64,000 nt of DNA, from the NCBI GenBank assembly GCA_017940265.1, contig JAGAYY010000022.1, forward strand, positions 6,946 to 70,945, written 5' to 3'. The notes beneath the pieces were generated by a model. That model saw only the letters and a list, made by a program, of their open reading frames with translations, ran no database searches and was not told the DNA's origin. Positions 9,374 to 19,538 of this stretch are shown one piece after another. The stretch's first letter is position 1. Every line of letters begins with the position of its first letter. The position numbers and the translations under genes are program-made. Origin of the DNA: Bacilli bacterium (lineage in GTDB: Bacteria > Bacillota_I > Bacilli_A > RFN20 > CAG-826).

Positions 9374-10862
9374 AAAGAAATTAGCCTTTGATAATAAAGA
9401 ATATCTGAAAATCCAACGTCAGGAGATTTTAAAACGCATTAAATCCTTCGGTGGTAAGCTCTATCTTGAATTCGGTGGTAAGTTATTCGATGACTACCAC
9501 GCTAGTAGAGTTTTACCAGGTTTTGAACCAGATTCAAAACTCCAAATGTTATTAACATTAAAAGATGACGCTGAAATCGTCATGGCCGTTAACGCGAACG
9601 ATATTAAAACAAATAAAGTTCGTAACGACTTAGGTATCACCTATGAATCAGAAGTTGAAAGACTTATTGATGCTTATCAAGCCGCGGGCTTATATGTCAG
9701 TAGTGTGGTCTTCTGCTTCTATGAAGATAGCCCAGTGTTAAAACAATTTGCCACAAAACTTAGAAAAAACGGTATCAAAGTTTATAAGCACTACACAATC
9801 GCGGGTTATCCACATAATTTAGTCTCTGTTTTCGGCAGTGATGGCTTTGAGAAAAACGAATATGTTGAAACCACAAAACCATTAATCGTTGTGACCGCTC
9901 CAGGTCCTGGTTCAGGTAAGATGGCTGTCTGTTTAAGCCAGTTATATCATGATATGAACCGTGGTATTAAATCTGGTTACGCTAAATATGAAACATTCCC
10001 AGTGTGGAATCTTCCATTACCACACCCAGTTAACTTAGCTTATGAAGCAGCGACTGTCGATTTAGCGGATGTTAACATGATTGACCCATATCACTTAGCG
10101 GCCTATGGCTTAACCACCACAAACTACAACCGTGATATTGAAACATTCCCATTATTAAAAACTATATTTGAAAAGATCTATGGCTCTTCTCCATATCAAT
10201 CTCCAACCGATATGGGTGTTAATATGGTGGGCTTTGCAATTGTTAATGATGAAGCAGCTTGTGAGGCTAGTAAACAAGAAATCATTAGAAGATATTATCA
10301 AGCCAAAAAGAATGTCTACTTAGGTAAATTTGATGATGAAACAATTGTGAAAGAAGAATCATTAATGAACGCAGTTGGTGTGACTCCAGCGGATAGAAAG
10401 TGCGTTAATGCGTGCTTAGAAAAAGCCAAGAAGTGTAAAGAAAGAGTGGTCGCTATTGAATTACCTAATGGCAAGATCATCACTGGCAAGCGTTCTAGAT
10501 TATTAGGTGCTCCAGCGGCAATGCTTCTCAATACCTTAAAAGTCTTAGGTAAAATTGATGATAGTATTCACCTTATTTCACCACACGTGGTGACCCCAAT
10601 GGCCGATTTAAAGACTGGTCCATTAAAGAAAGAAAACCCACGTATTAGAGCGGAAGAAATCTTAATCGCCTTAGCCATCCAAGCTAATAGCAATCCATTA
10701 GCCGAATTAGCGCTTAAGCAACTTCCTAAGCTCAAAGGTAGTGAAGCACACTGCTCATGCATTTTATCAGATGCAGACTTAAGAACATTAACAGCCTTAG
10801 GTATTAATGTCACTGAAGAACCAGTGGGCTACGCGCACAAACTATATTTTAATAAAAATTAG
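9351..10862 (+). CDS. UPF0371/DUF1846 family protein
   Basis: 503 aa. N-terminal FDNKEYLKIQRQEILKRIKSFGGKLYLEFGGKLFDDYHASRVLPGFEPD matches what I recall of UPF0371 proteins of Firmicutes. Overlaps the previous gene by 23 nt, so the true start may be the ATG at 9360. Confidence 0.6.
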   Translation: MTIMPTNKKKLAFDNKEYLKIQRQEILKRIKSFGGKLYLEFGGKLFDDYHASRVLPGFEPDSKLQMLLTLKDDAEIVMAVNANDIKTNKVRNDLGITYESEVERLIDAYQAAGLYVSSVVFCFYEDSPVLKQFATKLRKNGIKVYKHYTIAGYPHNLVSVFGSDGFEKNEYVETTKPLIVVTAPGPGSGKMAVCLSQLYHDMNRGIKSGYAKYETFPVWNLPLPHPVNLAYEAATVDLADVNMIDPYHLAAYGLTTTNYNRDIETFPLLKTIFEKIYGSSPYQSPTDMGVNMVGFAIVNDEAACEASKQEIIRRYYQAKKNVYLGKFDDETIVKEESLMNAVGVTPADRKCVNACLEKAKKCKERVVAIELPNGKIITGKRSRLLGAPAAMLLNTLKVLGKIDDSIHLISPHVVTPMADLKTGPLKKENPRIRAEEILIALAIQANSNPLAELALKQLPKLKGSEAHCSCILSDADLRTLTALGINVTEEPVGYAHKLYFNKN

Positions 10863-10892
10863 AATATATCTAATAAAAATTAATAAAGAGGA

Positions 10893-10918
10893 AAGGGTAA
10901 AATACCCTTTTCTTTTTT
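10893..10918 (+). terminator. rho-independent terminator after the DUF1846 gene
   Basis: AAGGGTAaaaTACCCTT followed by TTCTTTTTT. Confidence 0.65.
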
Positions 10919-11034
10919 AATATTTCATTCAAAATGTTTACTAATGTTTATGAGACGCGCGATAATAATATAGTAGTCGTTTGTGTTCGTAATGAAACAA
11001 ACATCATAAAAATAATAAGAAAGGGTATTTTTTC

Positions 11035-14000
11035 ATGAGAAAAAAAGTATTGTTTCCTGCTCTATTGTTAGGCTTAACAGCACCTTTATGTTTTTCACAA
11101 CAATTTAGTGGCGTGTCCGCTGAATTCATTGGTGATTATTCAAAAAGCGCTGAAAAAAGCAACTATATTAAAGCGGGTTCAGCATTGAATGAACAAATCT
11201 GTGATGAAGGTTTTGTTCTTCTTAAAAACAAAGACAATTTCTTACCAATGGCAGGCCAAGGCCAAAAAGTATCATTAGTTGGTAAGAGTTCAGGCAACCT
11301 CGTTAGAGGTGGTGGTGGTTCCGGTTCAGGTTCCGTCAATGGTGAAGAAAACTGGCAACTAGTCCGCGATTCTGGTGGTAATGAAACCATTAAAGGTTCT
11401 CTTGAAGAAGCTGGCTTTGAAGTCAATAAGGACATCCAAGCATTCTATGGCAAATGGTCAAGTGGTGGCTGGGGTGGTTTATCTTACTCCAATGACTCTA
11501 GATCCGGAAGTGGTAGAACAAATGGTAACGACGGTTGGAAAGGTAACTCTGAAGTTACTATTGGTGAAACACCAATCTCTAGTTATTCCGCTGAATTATT
11601 AGCGACACTTGATGAATATAATGATGCCGCTATTCAAGTCATTTCCCGTGAAGGTAGTGAAGGTTGTGACGTTAAAACATGTAACGCTCACGATAGTAAG
11701 AAGACAAATTCCAGTGCGGAAAAAGTTAGCGATAGACACGCTCTTCAATTATCTGAAAACGAAGAAGCGTTATTCGAAGAACTTAAAAAGCACACTGATA
11801 ACATCATTATCGTTGTCAACTCTGGTAACATCTTCCAATGTGACAAATTTGAAAATGATGATGCTGTTAAAGCCATCCTCTGGATTGGTAATCCAGGCGC
11901 TGTTGGTGCTAAATCAGTCGGCAAGATCTTAACTGGTCAAGTTAACCCATCTGGTCGTACAGTCGATACATGGGCTCGTGATTTCACTAAAGATCCAACA
12001 TACCAAAACTTCTCCGATAACTCTCAAACAAATGAAGTAGTATCCACAAACGGCAAGACATATTATGCTCCACAAGATACATTATTTGCCGCTGATGGTG
12101 CGCCAATGCTCAGTTATGGTACTGATAAAAACTATAAAGAACATAGTGCACCAAGATGGGACAATGCTCGTGGTGGTGAAGAATTCAAAGTCGTCTCTGG
12201 TGGTTTAAATGGTGTTAAACCTGCTTCCTATTTAGCGTATGAAGAAGGTATCTATGTTGACTATCGTTACTATGAAACAAGATATGCTGATATGGCTAAA
12301 GGTAATAAAGGCGAAGCCGATACTTGGTATGGAAGTGAAGAAGGTGTCATTTATCCATTTGGTTATGGTTTGAGTTATACCTCGTTCAAACAAGAAATCG
12401 TTTCCTCAAACGTTAAAGGAAAAACACTTAAAGATGGTATCTATGATATCGAAGTGAAAGTTAAAGTTAAAAACACTGGTAATGTCGCTGGTAAAGATGT
12501 TGTCCAATTATATTGGAAAGCACCATATACCCAAGGCGGTATTGAAAAAGCTGACCGTGTTTTATGCGCTTTCGCTAAAACAAAATTATTAAATAAAGGT
12601 GAATCAGAAACATTAACACTTAAGATTAATACTCAAGATTTCGCTAACTATGACTTCACTGATAAAAACGGTAACGGCTTCAAGGGCTATGAACTCGATG
12701 GTGGTGATTATTACATTACCCTCAATAAAAACGCTCATGAAGAATTAGGTTCTGTTAAATTCTCCGTGGCTAAAGAAGGTATCAAATACGATAAAGACCG
12801 TTATACCGGTCATGAAGTTAAAAACAGATTCACTGATAGAGGCTTCTATAACTGTTTACCAGGTGAAAATGATTTCGACTTCGAACAATATTCTCGTGAA
12901 GACATGGCTAACGTTCCAACTCATCCAACATATGAAGATAGAACAGTTAAAGCCGGTAGCCGTTTTGAAGAATACTTAACTCATGAATTCAGAATGGAAG
13001 ACTTAGAAAATGAAAATAAAGGTCTCTACATCCCTGAAGAAGTCTTGAAGACTAAAGCCGACATTGAAGCTTTAGGTTGGACACAACCTGCTACCGCTCC
13101 AAGTCAAGCAGATAGTATTCAATTCAAAGATTTAGTCGGTCTTGATATCAATGATCCACTCTGGGAACAAGCAATGAATCAAATGACATATAACGAAATG
13201 ATTGGCTTCTCCTATGGTGGTGGTCAACATAACCAAGCCATCAGCAGAATGGGCAAACCAGCTACTGGTGATAGTGATGGTCCTTCCCAATTCCAAATCA
13301 TTTGGTGGGCAGGCGCTCCAATCGTGGCCGCAACTTATAACGTTGATTTAGCTAAGAGACAAGGTGAAATGGTCGGTATGGAAGCCCATATTAATGGTAC
13401 ATATGGTTGGGCTGGTCCAGCGGTCAACTTACACCGTTCTCCATTCGGTGGTAGAAACTTCGAATATTATTCAGCCGATCCATTCTTAATGGGTAAAATT
13501 GCTGGTAGAGTCGTTTCTGGTGCTACTGATTTAGGCTTATATTGCTTCTTCAAACACTTCGCCGTTAACGATCAAGAAAAGAACCGTGAAGGTGTTTCCG
13601 CATTCTTAACAGAACAAGCTTTACGTGAAATTTACCTCAAACCATTCCAAATTGTTGTCCAAGAAGGTAAATCCATGGCCATCATGTCTTCCTATAACCG
13701 TCTAGGTTTAATGGAAACCGCTGCTTCTTATCCATTATTAACAGAAGTCTTACGTGATGAATGGGGCTTCAAAGGTCACATCATTTCCGATATGACACAT
13801 AGTGGTAACGGTAGTGTTAACAATTACTGCTATGAAAACATCAATGACCGTATCTTAGCGGGTTGTAACCAACAATTAGATAGTAACGGTTTCAGAGATG
13901 ATATCGAATGCAAATGGGATAGCAGTGCTTTTGATGGTAAAGGCGCTCCAGTCTTCACTAAGAAAGATGGCACAAAAGTTGAATCCTATACCTGGTGGTA

Positions 14001-14529
14001 TATGCTCAGAAAGAACGTTAAGGAAACAATGTGGACATGTGCTAACTGTGGTGTAATGTCTATAGTTTGCGTTAAAGAAGCACACTTAACATTCAAAGAT
14101 GTCGTCAACAACCGTTATGAAGGCGCTGTTGGTGCTAATATCAACATTAAAGTCGAATTACCAAACGAATTAAAAGCGGGTGGTCAATACAATGAAAAGA
14201 CCATTAACTCCGTTGAAATGGTCATCGATCCAGTTACTCCATTACCAGCGGGCTTATCGTTCGATGGTAATACAATCTCTGGCACACCAGAACGCAGTTC
14301 TAACTGGTTTATCCGTGTCTTGGTTAAATTGTCACTCGATGGTGATGATGAACCAACAACATTAGGCTCAAGCTTAGAACTCTTTGTTCCAGAAATTCAA
14401 TCGACACAATTACCTGCTAAGAAAGGTTGCTTTGGCTCATTAGAAGCCACTATGGTGAGCGTTATGGCCTTTGCAATCGCTGGTGTTGCTCTACTCTTAG
14501 TCACTAAGAAAAGAAGAGAAAACGCCTAA
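11035..14529 (+). CDS. cell-surface glycoside hydrolase family 3 (domain-permuted), signal peptide plus C-terminal TM anchor (paralog 1)
   Basis: 1164 aa; signal peptide; GH3 alpha/beta-sandwich motifs (GFVLLKNKDNFLPM, AIQVISREGSEGCD) N-terminal to the TIM-barrel motifs (HRSPFGGRNFEYYSADPFLMG, KHFAVNDQE, catalytic LLTEVLRDEWGFKGHIISDM); C-terminal AKKGCFG-TM-KKRRENA. Confidence 0.8.
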   Translation: MRKKVLFPALLLGLTAPLCFSQQFSGVSAEFIGDYSKSAEKSNYIKAGSALNEQICDEGFVLLKNKDNFLPMAGQGQKVSLVGKSSGNLVRGGGGSGSGSVNGEENWQLVRDSGGNETIKGSLEEAGFEVNKDIQAFYGKWSSGGWGGLSYSNDSRSGSGRTNGNDGWKGNSEVTIGETPISSYSAELLATLDEYNDAAIQVISREGSEGCDVKTCNAHDSKKTNSSAEKVSDRHALQLSENEEALFEELKKHTDNIIIVVNSGNIFQCDKFENDDAVKAILWIGNPGAVGAKSVGKILTGQVNPSGRTVDTWARDFTKDPTYQNFSDNSQTNEVVSTNGKTYYAPQDTLFAADGAPMLSYGTDKNYKEHSAPRWDNARGGEEFKVVSGGLNGVKPASYLAYEEGIYVDYRYYETRYADMAKGNKGEADTWYGSEEGVIYPFGYGLSYTSFKQEIVSSNVKGKTLKDGIYDIEVKVKVKNTGNVAGKDVVQLYWKAPYTQGGIEKADRVLCAFAKTKLLNKGESETLTLKINTQDFANYDFTDKNGNGFKGYELDGGDYYITLNKNAHEELGSVKFSVAKEGIKYDKDRYTGHEVKNRFTDRGFYNCLPGENDFDFEQYSREDMANVPTHPTYEDRTVKAGSRFEEYLTHEFRMEDLENENKGLYIPEEVLKTKADIEALGWTQPATAPSQADSIQFKDLVGLDINDPLWEQAMNQMTYNEMIGFSYGGGQHNQAISRMGKPATGDSDGPSQFQIIWWAGAPIVAATYNVDLAKRQGEMVGMEAHINGTYGWAGPAVNLHRSPFGGRNFEYYSADPFLMGKIAGRVVSGATDLGLYCFFKHFAVNDQEKNREGVSAFLTEQALREIYLKPFQIVVQEGKSMAIMSSYNRLGLMETAASYPLLTEVLRDEWGFKGHIISDMTHSGNGSVNNYCYENINDRILAGCNQQLDSNGFRDDIECKWDSSAFDGKGAPVFTKKDGTKVESYTWWYMLRKNVKETMWTCANCGVMSIVCVKEAHLTFKDVVNNRYEGAVGANINIKVELPNELKAGGQYNEKTINSVEMVIDPVTPLPAGLSFDGNTISGTPERSSNWFIRVLVKLSLDGDDEPTTLGSSLELFVPEIQSTQLPAKKGCFGSLEATMVSVMAFAIAGVALLLVTKKRRENA

Positions 14530-14557
14530 TTGTTAAATCAAACAATTAAGACCCTCA

Positions 14558-14585
14558 AAGCGAGGGTCTTTTTTGCTGAAAAAAT
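14558..14585 (+). terminator. rho-independent terminator after GH3 paralog 1
   Basis: AAGACCCTCaaagcGAGGGTCTT followed by TTTTT. Confidence 0.7.
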
Positions 14586-14804
14586 ATTGATAATATCTTA
14601 ATAAATTTAATTTCTAAAATAATGCCTAATCAAATAATAGTCCTGCCCGCACATAATAATTGTCATATAAAAAACAGGCCCTTCAATTTATATTGAATAT
14701 ACTAATGCATTATGGATTCTAGAAAATAATGACTTAAAAATCCGGTTTTGCACTCGCGTTGAGGCAAAATTAATAATGCAAATTTACTTTGAAAGGAAAA
14801 ACAT

Positions 14805-17800
14805 ATGAAGAAAAAAGTTTTAATCCCAGTTTTTCTTGCCGCGATTGCTTTACCTGTGTGTTTAAACAAAGGTGCTTCTTCTGTTAACGCTGATTATATT
14901 GGCGAATTTGGTATTGGCCAAAGTAAAGACAGAGCAGCATATATTGAACATGCTTCTAAAGTTCAAGACCAATTAGCGGAAGAAGGTTTCGTCTTACTCA
15001 AAAACAAAGACAACTACCTCCCAAGAGATACTCAGGGCATGAAAGTCAGCCTTGCCGGTAAGAGCTCAACAAACCTCGCCAGAGGTGGTGCTGGTTCCGG
15101 CTCTGGTTCCGTTTCTAGTGGTGTTGCTGATTACCAATTAGTGGAAGGCGCTGACGGCGACGTCAAAGGCGCTCTCAATGAAGTTGGTATGGAAATTAAC
15201 CCAACACTCGTTGATTTCTACGGAAAATGGGAAAAAAGTTCAAGAGGCGGCGTCTCTTTCTCCAACAACAGCAAGTCTGGCTCTGGTAGAAGCAATGGTA
15301 ACGATGGTTGGAAAGGTAATTCCGAAGTTGTTATCGGCGAAACACCTCTTTCATCCTATACTGATGACATTCTCGCCAGTTTAGATGAATACAATGATGC
15401 CGCTATTCAAGTCATCACTCGTGAAGGTTCCGAAGGTTGTGACGTTAAAACATGTAATGCTCACGACACCAAGAAAACAAACTCCAGTGCTGAAAAGGTT
15501 TCTGATAGACACGCTCTTCAATTATCCGAAAACGAAGAAGCTTTATTAGAAGAATTAGGCAAACACACCGACAACATTATTGTCATTATTAACTCCAGTA
15601 ACATCTTCGAATGTGAACAATTACAAAATAATGACAAAGTCAAAGCCATCATTTGGGTTGGTAACCCAGGTGACCGTGGTATTCGTGCTGTTGGTCGTAT
15701 TATCAATGGTCAAGTTAACCCATCCGGTCGTACAGTCGATACATGGGCACGTGATTTTAGAGAAGATCCAACATTCCAAAACTTCTCTGATAACTCCCAA
15801 ACAAACGAAGTTACATTATCCAATGGTAAAACATATTATGCTCCACAAGACACAATGTTTGCCGCTGATGGTGCTCCAATGCTCAGTTATGGTACTGATA
15901 AGAACTATAAACAACATAGTGCACCAAGATGGGACACCGCTCGTGGTGGTGAAGAAGCCAAGGTTGTCTCTGGTGGTATCAATGGTGTTAAACCAGCCGC
16001 TTATGTTTCTTACGAAGAAGGCATTTATGTCGACTATCGTTACTATGAAACAAAATACGCCGATATGGCAAAAGCAGACGAAGCCGCAGCTGATGCATGG
16101 TACAACAGCAACAAAGGCGTTCTCTATCCATTCGGTTATGGCTTAAGCTATACAACATTCGAACAAAAGATTGTTAAAGCAAACATCAAGAAAGGTGGCA
16201 CTGTTGGTGAAAACAATAAAGTTGTCGCCTTAACAGTCGAAGTTAAGAATACTGGTAGCATCGCTGGTAAAGAAGCTGTCCAATTATACTTCAAAGCTCC
16301 TTATACCGCTGGTGGTATCGAAAAAGCCGACCACGTTTTATGTGCGTTCGGTAAAACTGGTCTCATTCAACCAGGCAAAACTGAAAAAGTCGAATTATCC
16401 TTCTACTTACAAGATGTTGCTAACTACGACTTCACAGATGCTAACAATAATGGTTTCGCTGGTTATGAATTAGAAAAAGGTGATTATGAACTCTTACTCG
16501 GTAAGAATGCTCATGAAAACTTTGAATCATTCAAATTCAAGATTGCTAGCGACATTAAATATGAAAACGATCGTTTCTCTGGTCACAAAGTTGAAAACCG
16601 TTTCACAAACAATGGTTTCTATGATTCTATGCCAGGTGAAAATGATATTGAATTCACACAAATGAGCCGTGCTGACTTTGATGGCACATTCCCAACTCAC
16701 CCAACATTTGAAGATAGAACAGTTAAGGCTAACAGCCGCTTCGAAGAATTCTTAACATATAAGTTCTCATTAGAAGATTTCGAAAATGGTAATAACGAAT
16801 ACATTCCAGCCGCTGCTCGTAAAGATGCTTCTGTTGCTGCTAACTGGGAACAAGGTTCTAAAGCTACAGAACACAAGATTAAAGATTTAATCGATGTCCC
16901 AATGGACGATCCAAGATGGGAAGAAATCGTTAACCAAATGTCTTGGAACGATATGCTCAAGATCGTTGAAACTAACCAAATGTCTTCCAAAGCTATTGAT
17001 AGCGTTGGTAAAGGTGGTTTCTCCGAAGGTGACGGTCCACAAAAATTCAACATTATGTGGTGGGTCTCTTCTCCAATCATCGCCGCTACATTCAACCAAG
17101 ATTTAGCTCATAAACAAGGTGAATGTGTTGGTATGGAATCCCATATCTCCGGTAAATCCGGTTGGTGGGGTCCAGCTGTTAATACTCACCGTTCTCCATT
17201 CGGTGGTAGAAACTTCGAATACTATGCCGCTGACCCATTCTTAATGGGCCGTATGGCTGCTCAAGTCGTTGGTGCCGCTACAGATAGAGGCGTCTACGCT
17301 TACTTCAAACACTTTGCTGTTAACGATCAAGAAAAGAACCGTGAATCTGGTATCTCCTTCTTAACAGAACAAGCATTACGTGAAATTTACTTAAAGTCCT
17401 TCCAAATGGTCTTTGAAGAAGGCAAATCAATCGGTGTCATGGGTTCCTACAACCGTATGGGCTTAATGGAAACCGCTGCTAACTACAACTTATTAACAGA
17501 AGTTCTCCGTGGTGAATGGGGCTTCAAGGGTTCTGTCTTATCCGATATGACCCACAGTGGTAATGGTAGTGTTGATAACGATTGCTACGAATGTGTTACA
17601 AACCGTGTCTTAGCTGGTTGTAACGCTCAATTAGACTCTGGTGGCTTCTCTGGTCACTCCCAAGCTAAATGGGATAGCACATTAAAAGCCCCTGTTTATA
17701 CAAACAAAGCCGGTGAAAAAGTTATTTCTTACTCCTACTGGTATGCTGTTAGACAATGTTCCAAAGAACACTTATTCATGTCTGCTAACTGTACAGCCAC

Positions 17801-18188
17801 AAATAGAGTAATGGTTCCAGTCGTTGGCGAAGAATATAAGACTGTCGAAGCTCGTAAAGATTTCACTTATAGCGTCGAAATCGAAGGTGCCTCTGAAATC
17901 AAGCTCAATCACCGTGTTGATACTCCAGAAGGTCTCACCATCGATGGTGGTAACATCTCTGGTAAAGTCGCTCTTGAAGGCGTCTATCACTTAGACTTCA
18001 TTGGCTATGATGCTGATGGTAAAGCTGTTGGCGCATTCAAATTAATCCTCACCGCCGCTACAGGCGATGGTGGTGCTAAGAAAGGTTGCTTCGGTGATAT
18101 CGCTGCTTGCGGTGCAATCATTAGCTTAGTCGCAATTGCTGGTGCAGGTTTATTACTTGTCTCCTTACGCAAAAAAAGAAGAGCGTAA
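14805..18188 (+). CDS. cell-surface GH3 glycosidase (domain-permuted), tandem paralog 2 with C-terminal TM anchor
   Basis: 1127 aa; same architecture and motifs as paralog 1 (KHFAVNDQEKNRE, GFKGSVLSDM); about 85-90% nucleotide identity to paralog 1 in several blocks; C-terminal AKKGCFG-TM-RKKRRA. Confidence 0.8.
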   Translation: MKKKVLIPVFLAAIALPVCLNKGASSVNADYIGEFGIGQSKDRAAYIEHASKVQDQLAEEGFVLLKNKDNYLPRDTQGMKVSLAGKSSTNLARGGAGSGSGSVSSGVADYQLVEGADGDVKGALNEVGMEINPTLVDFYGKWEKSSRGGVSFSNNSKSGSGRSNGNDGWKGNSEVVIGETPLSSYTDDILASLDEYNDAAIQVITREGSEGCDVKTCNAHDTKKTNSSAEKVSDRHALQLSENEEALLEELGKHTDNIIVIINSSNIFECEQLQNNDKVKAIIWVGNPGDRGIRAVGRIINGQVNPSGRTVDTWARDFREDPTFQNFSDNSQTNEVTLSNGKTYYAPQDTMFAADGAPMLSYGTDKNYKQHSAPRWDTARGGEEAKVVSGGINGVKPAAYVSYEEGIYVDYRYYETKYADMAKADEAAADAWYNSNKGVLYPFGYGLSYTTFEQKIVKANIKKGGTVGENNKVVALTVEVKNTGSIAGKEAVQLYFKAPYTAGGIEKADHVLCAFGKTGLIQPGKTEKVELSFYLQDVANYDFTDANNNGFAGYELEKGDYELLLGKNAHENFESFKFKIASDIKYENDRFSGHKVENRFTNNGFYDSMPGENDIEFTQMSRADFDGTFPTHPTFEDRTVKANSRFEEFLTYKFSLEDFENGNNEYIPAAARKDASVAANWEQGSKATEHKIKDLIDVPMDDPRWEEIVNQMSWNDMLKIVETNQMSSKAIDSVGKGGFSEGDGPQKFNIMWWVSSPIIAATFNQDLAHKQGECVGMESHISGKSGWWGPAVNTHRSPFGGRNFEYYAADPFLMGRMAAQVVGAATDRGVYAYFKHFAVNDQEKNRESGISFLTEQALREIYLKSFQMVFEEGKSIGVMGSYNRMGLMETAANYNLLTEVLRGEWGFKGSVLSDMTHSGNGSVDNDCYECVTNRVLAGCNAQLDSGGFSGHSQAKWDSTLKAPVYTNKAGEKVISYSYWYAVRQCSKEHLFMSANCTATNRVMVPVVGEEYKTVEARKDFTYSVEIEGASEIKLNHRVDTPEGLTIDGGNISGKVALEGVYHLDFIGYDADGKAVGAFKLILTAATGDGGAKKGCFGDIAACGAIISLVAIAGAGLLLVSLRKKRRA

Positions 18189-18219
18189 TTCTTAAAATAA
18201 GCTCTAACTAAAAAGCATG

Positions 18220-18248
18220 ACTGCTAGGGCCCGCGTGGTCCTAGCAGT
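18220..18248 (+). terminator. GC-rich hairpin after GH3 paralog 2 (possible terminator with weak U-tract)
   Basis: ACTGCTAGGGCC-cgcgt-GGTCCTAGCAGT 11/12 bp stem, followed only by TT. Confidence 0.3.
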
Positions 18249-18436
18249 TTAATGCATATTAATGCATATACATTACACGCACATAGTGATATGCTATAAA
18301 TACTAATTAAAAACGTTAATAAAGCATCATCTTAAATCGTATCGTATTAAGATGGCGCTTGATTATATACCCCTAGAAAGGAGAATGTTGTTCGGCAGTG
18401 AATCCTAGGGTTAACCGAATAACAAACTATTAATTT

Positions 18437-19516
18437 ATGAAAAAAACACTCTTTATTGGTTTAGCGATTGCTACTCTCACACTTGCCGGTTGTGGTAATG
18501 GTGGTAGCAATTCAAAATCTACCGGACCAAAACCTTCATCTTCACAAGCACCTGCTAAAACATTTGAAGTGAAGATTGATGACGGTAATGAAGTTAAAAC
18601 TGAACAAATCGAACTCGGTGCTAAGATTACAAAACCAGCCGATCCAGCCGCTCCTGCAGGCAAAGCTTTCTATGGCTGGATGAACGTTAAAAACGGTGGT
18701 CAAATTTGGAACTTCGAAGACGATACCCTTGGTGCCGTCATGACCGATGTCGAATTAAAACCATTATTCGTTCCAGCTGGCCAAAACGCTCAAGTATTTG
18801 AAGCTGAACTTTGCCCAGATGTTTCTGAAAAGATCGGTAAAGATGGCACTCCAGGTATGGATGGTGTTACCTATTCCGGTGGTCAAAAAGGCTTAGGCTT
18901 AATTGGTAGAGACTACTATGAAGAAGATGGTTCTCATAACGAATTTGATGCTTCCGGTCTTTATGTTAGAGATACTAGTGGTGTCGCCCGTTATGCTACT
19001 CAAGAAGATTTAGCTAACCCAGATGTCGCTCCATCAGTCTTTGGTGGTTTCGTTCACTACAATTACGAAAAAGGTAATACATTAACATGGGAACTTGAAA
19101 GTGATGTTGCCGCTGAAAACGTTACCATCTTTATGAGAGTTTCTGGTGAATATGGTCTTACAGAACCTGATCAAATTTTCGAAGGTCAAGGTGAAGATAG
19201 AGTTTATGAAGTCTATGATGATGAATCATTCCCAGTCACTGTGAATGGTGAACCACTCAAATATGGTACACAAGTTATCCATAACATCGTTCCAAAGACA
19301 TTCATCACCTTCCAAGATTTCTTATTAAGTGCAACAGTCAATTTAGTAGCTGGTAAGAACACCATTCAAATGAAAGTCGATAACAAAGATACAATCAATG
19401 GTACAATCGCTTCTACAGCTCCAGTCGTTGACGCCATCAAAGTCTACTCTTCAAGCCAAATCACATGGCCAACCGCCAAACTTTCTCAAATGGATAAGAG
19501 TGACGCAAAAGATTAA
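18437..19516 (+). CDS. lipoprotein, putative carbohydrate-binding or surface accessory protein of the GH3 cluster
   Basis: 359 aa; lipobox LTLAGC with a Ser/Pro-rich linker; beta-rich sequence; stop 22 nt before GH3 paralog 3. Confidence 0.55.
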   Translation: MKKTLFIGLAIATLTLAGCGNGGSNSKSTGPKPSSSQAPAKTFEVKIDDGNEVKTEQIELGAKITKPADPAAPAGKAFYGWMNVKNGGQIWNFEDDTLGAVMTDVELKPLFVPAGQNAQVFEAELCPDVSEKIGKDGTPGMDGVTYSGGQKGLGLIGRDYYEEDGSHNEFDASGLYVRDTSGVARYATQEDLANPDVAPSVFGGFVHYNYEKGNTLTWELESDVAAENVTIFMRVSGEYGLTEPDQIFEGQGEDRVYEVYDDESFPVTVNGEPLKYGTQVIHNIVPKTFITFQDFLLSATVNLVAGKNTIQMKVDNKDTINGTIASTAPVVDAIKVYSSSQITWPTAKLSQMDKSDAKD

Positions 19517-19538
19517 TAATTTTTAAAGGATAATTATT

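Noticed and set aside
18388-18411. Mini-ORF (MLFGSES) with a perfect AAAGGAG Shine-Dalgarno upstream of the lipoprotein gene
   Set aside because: At 7 codons it is too short to support; it could be a leader peptide but there is no evidence. The downstream lipoprotein gene has no obvious SD of its own
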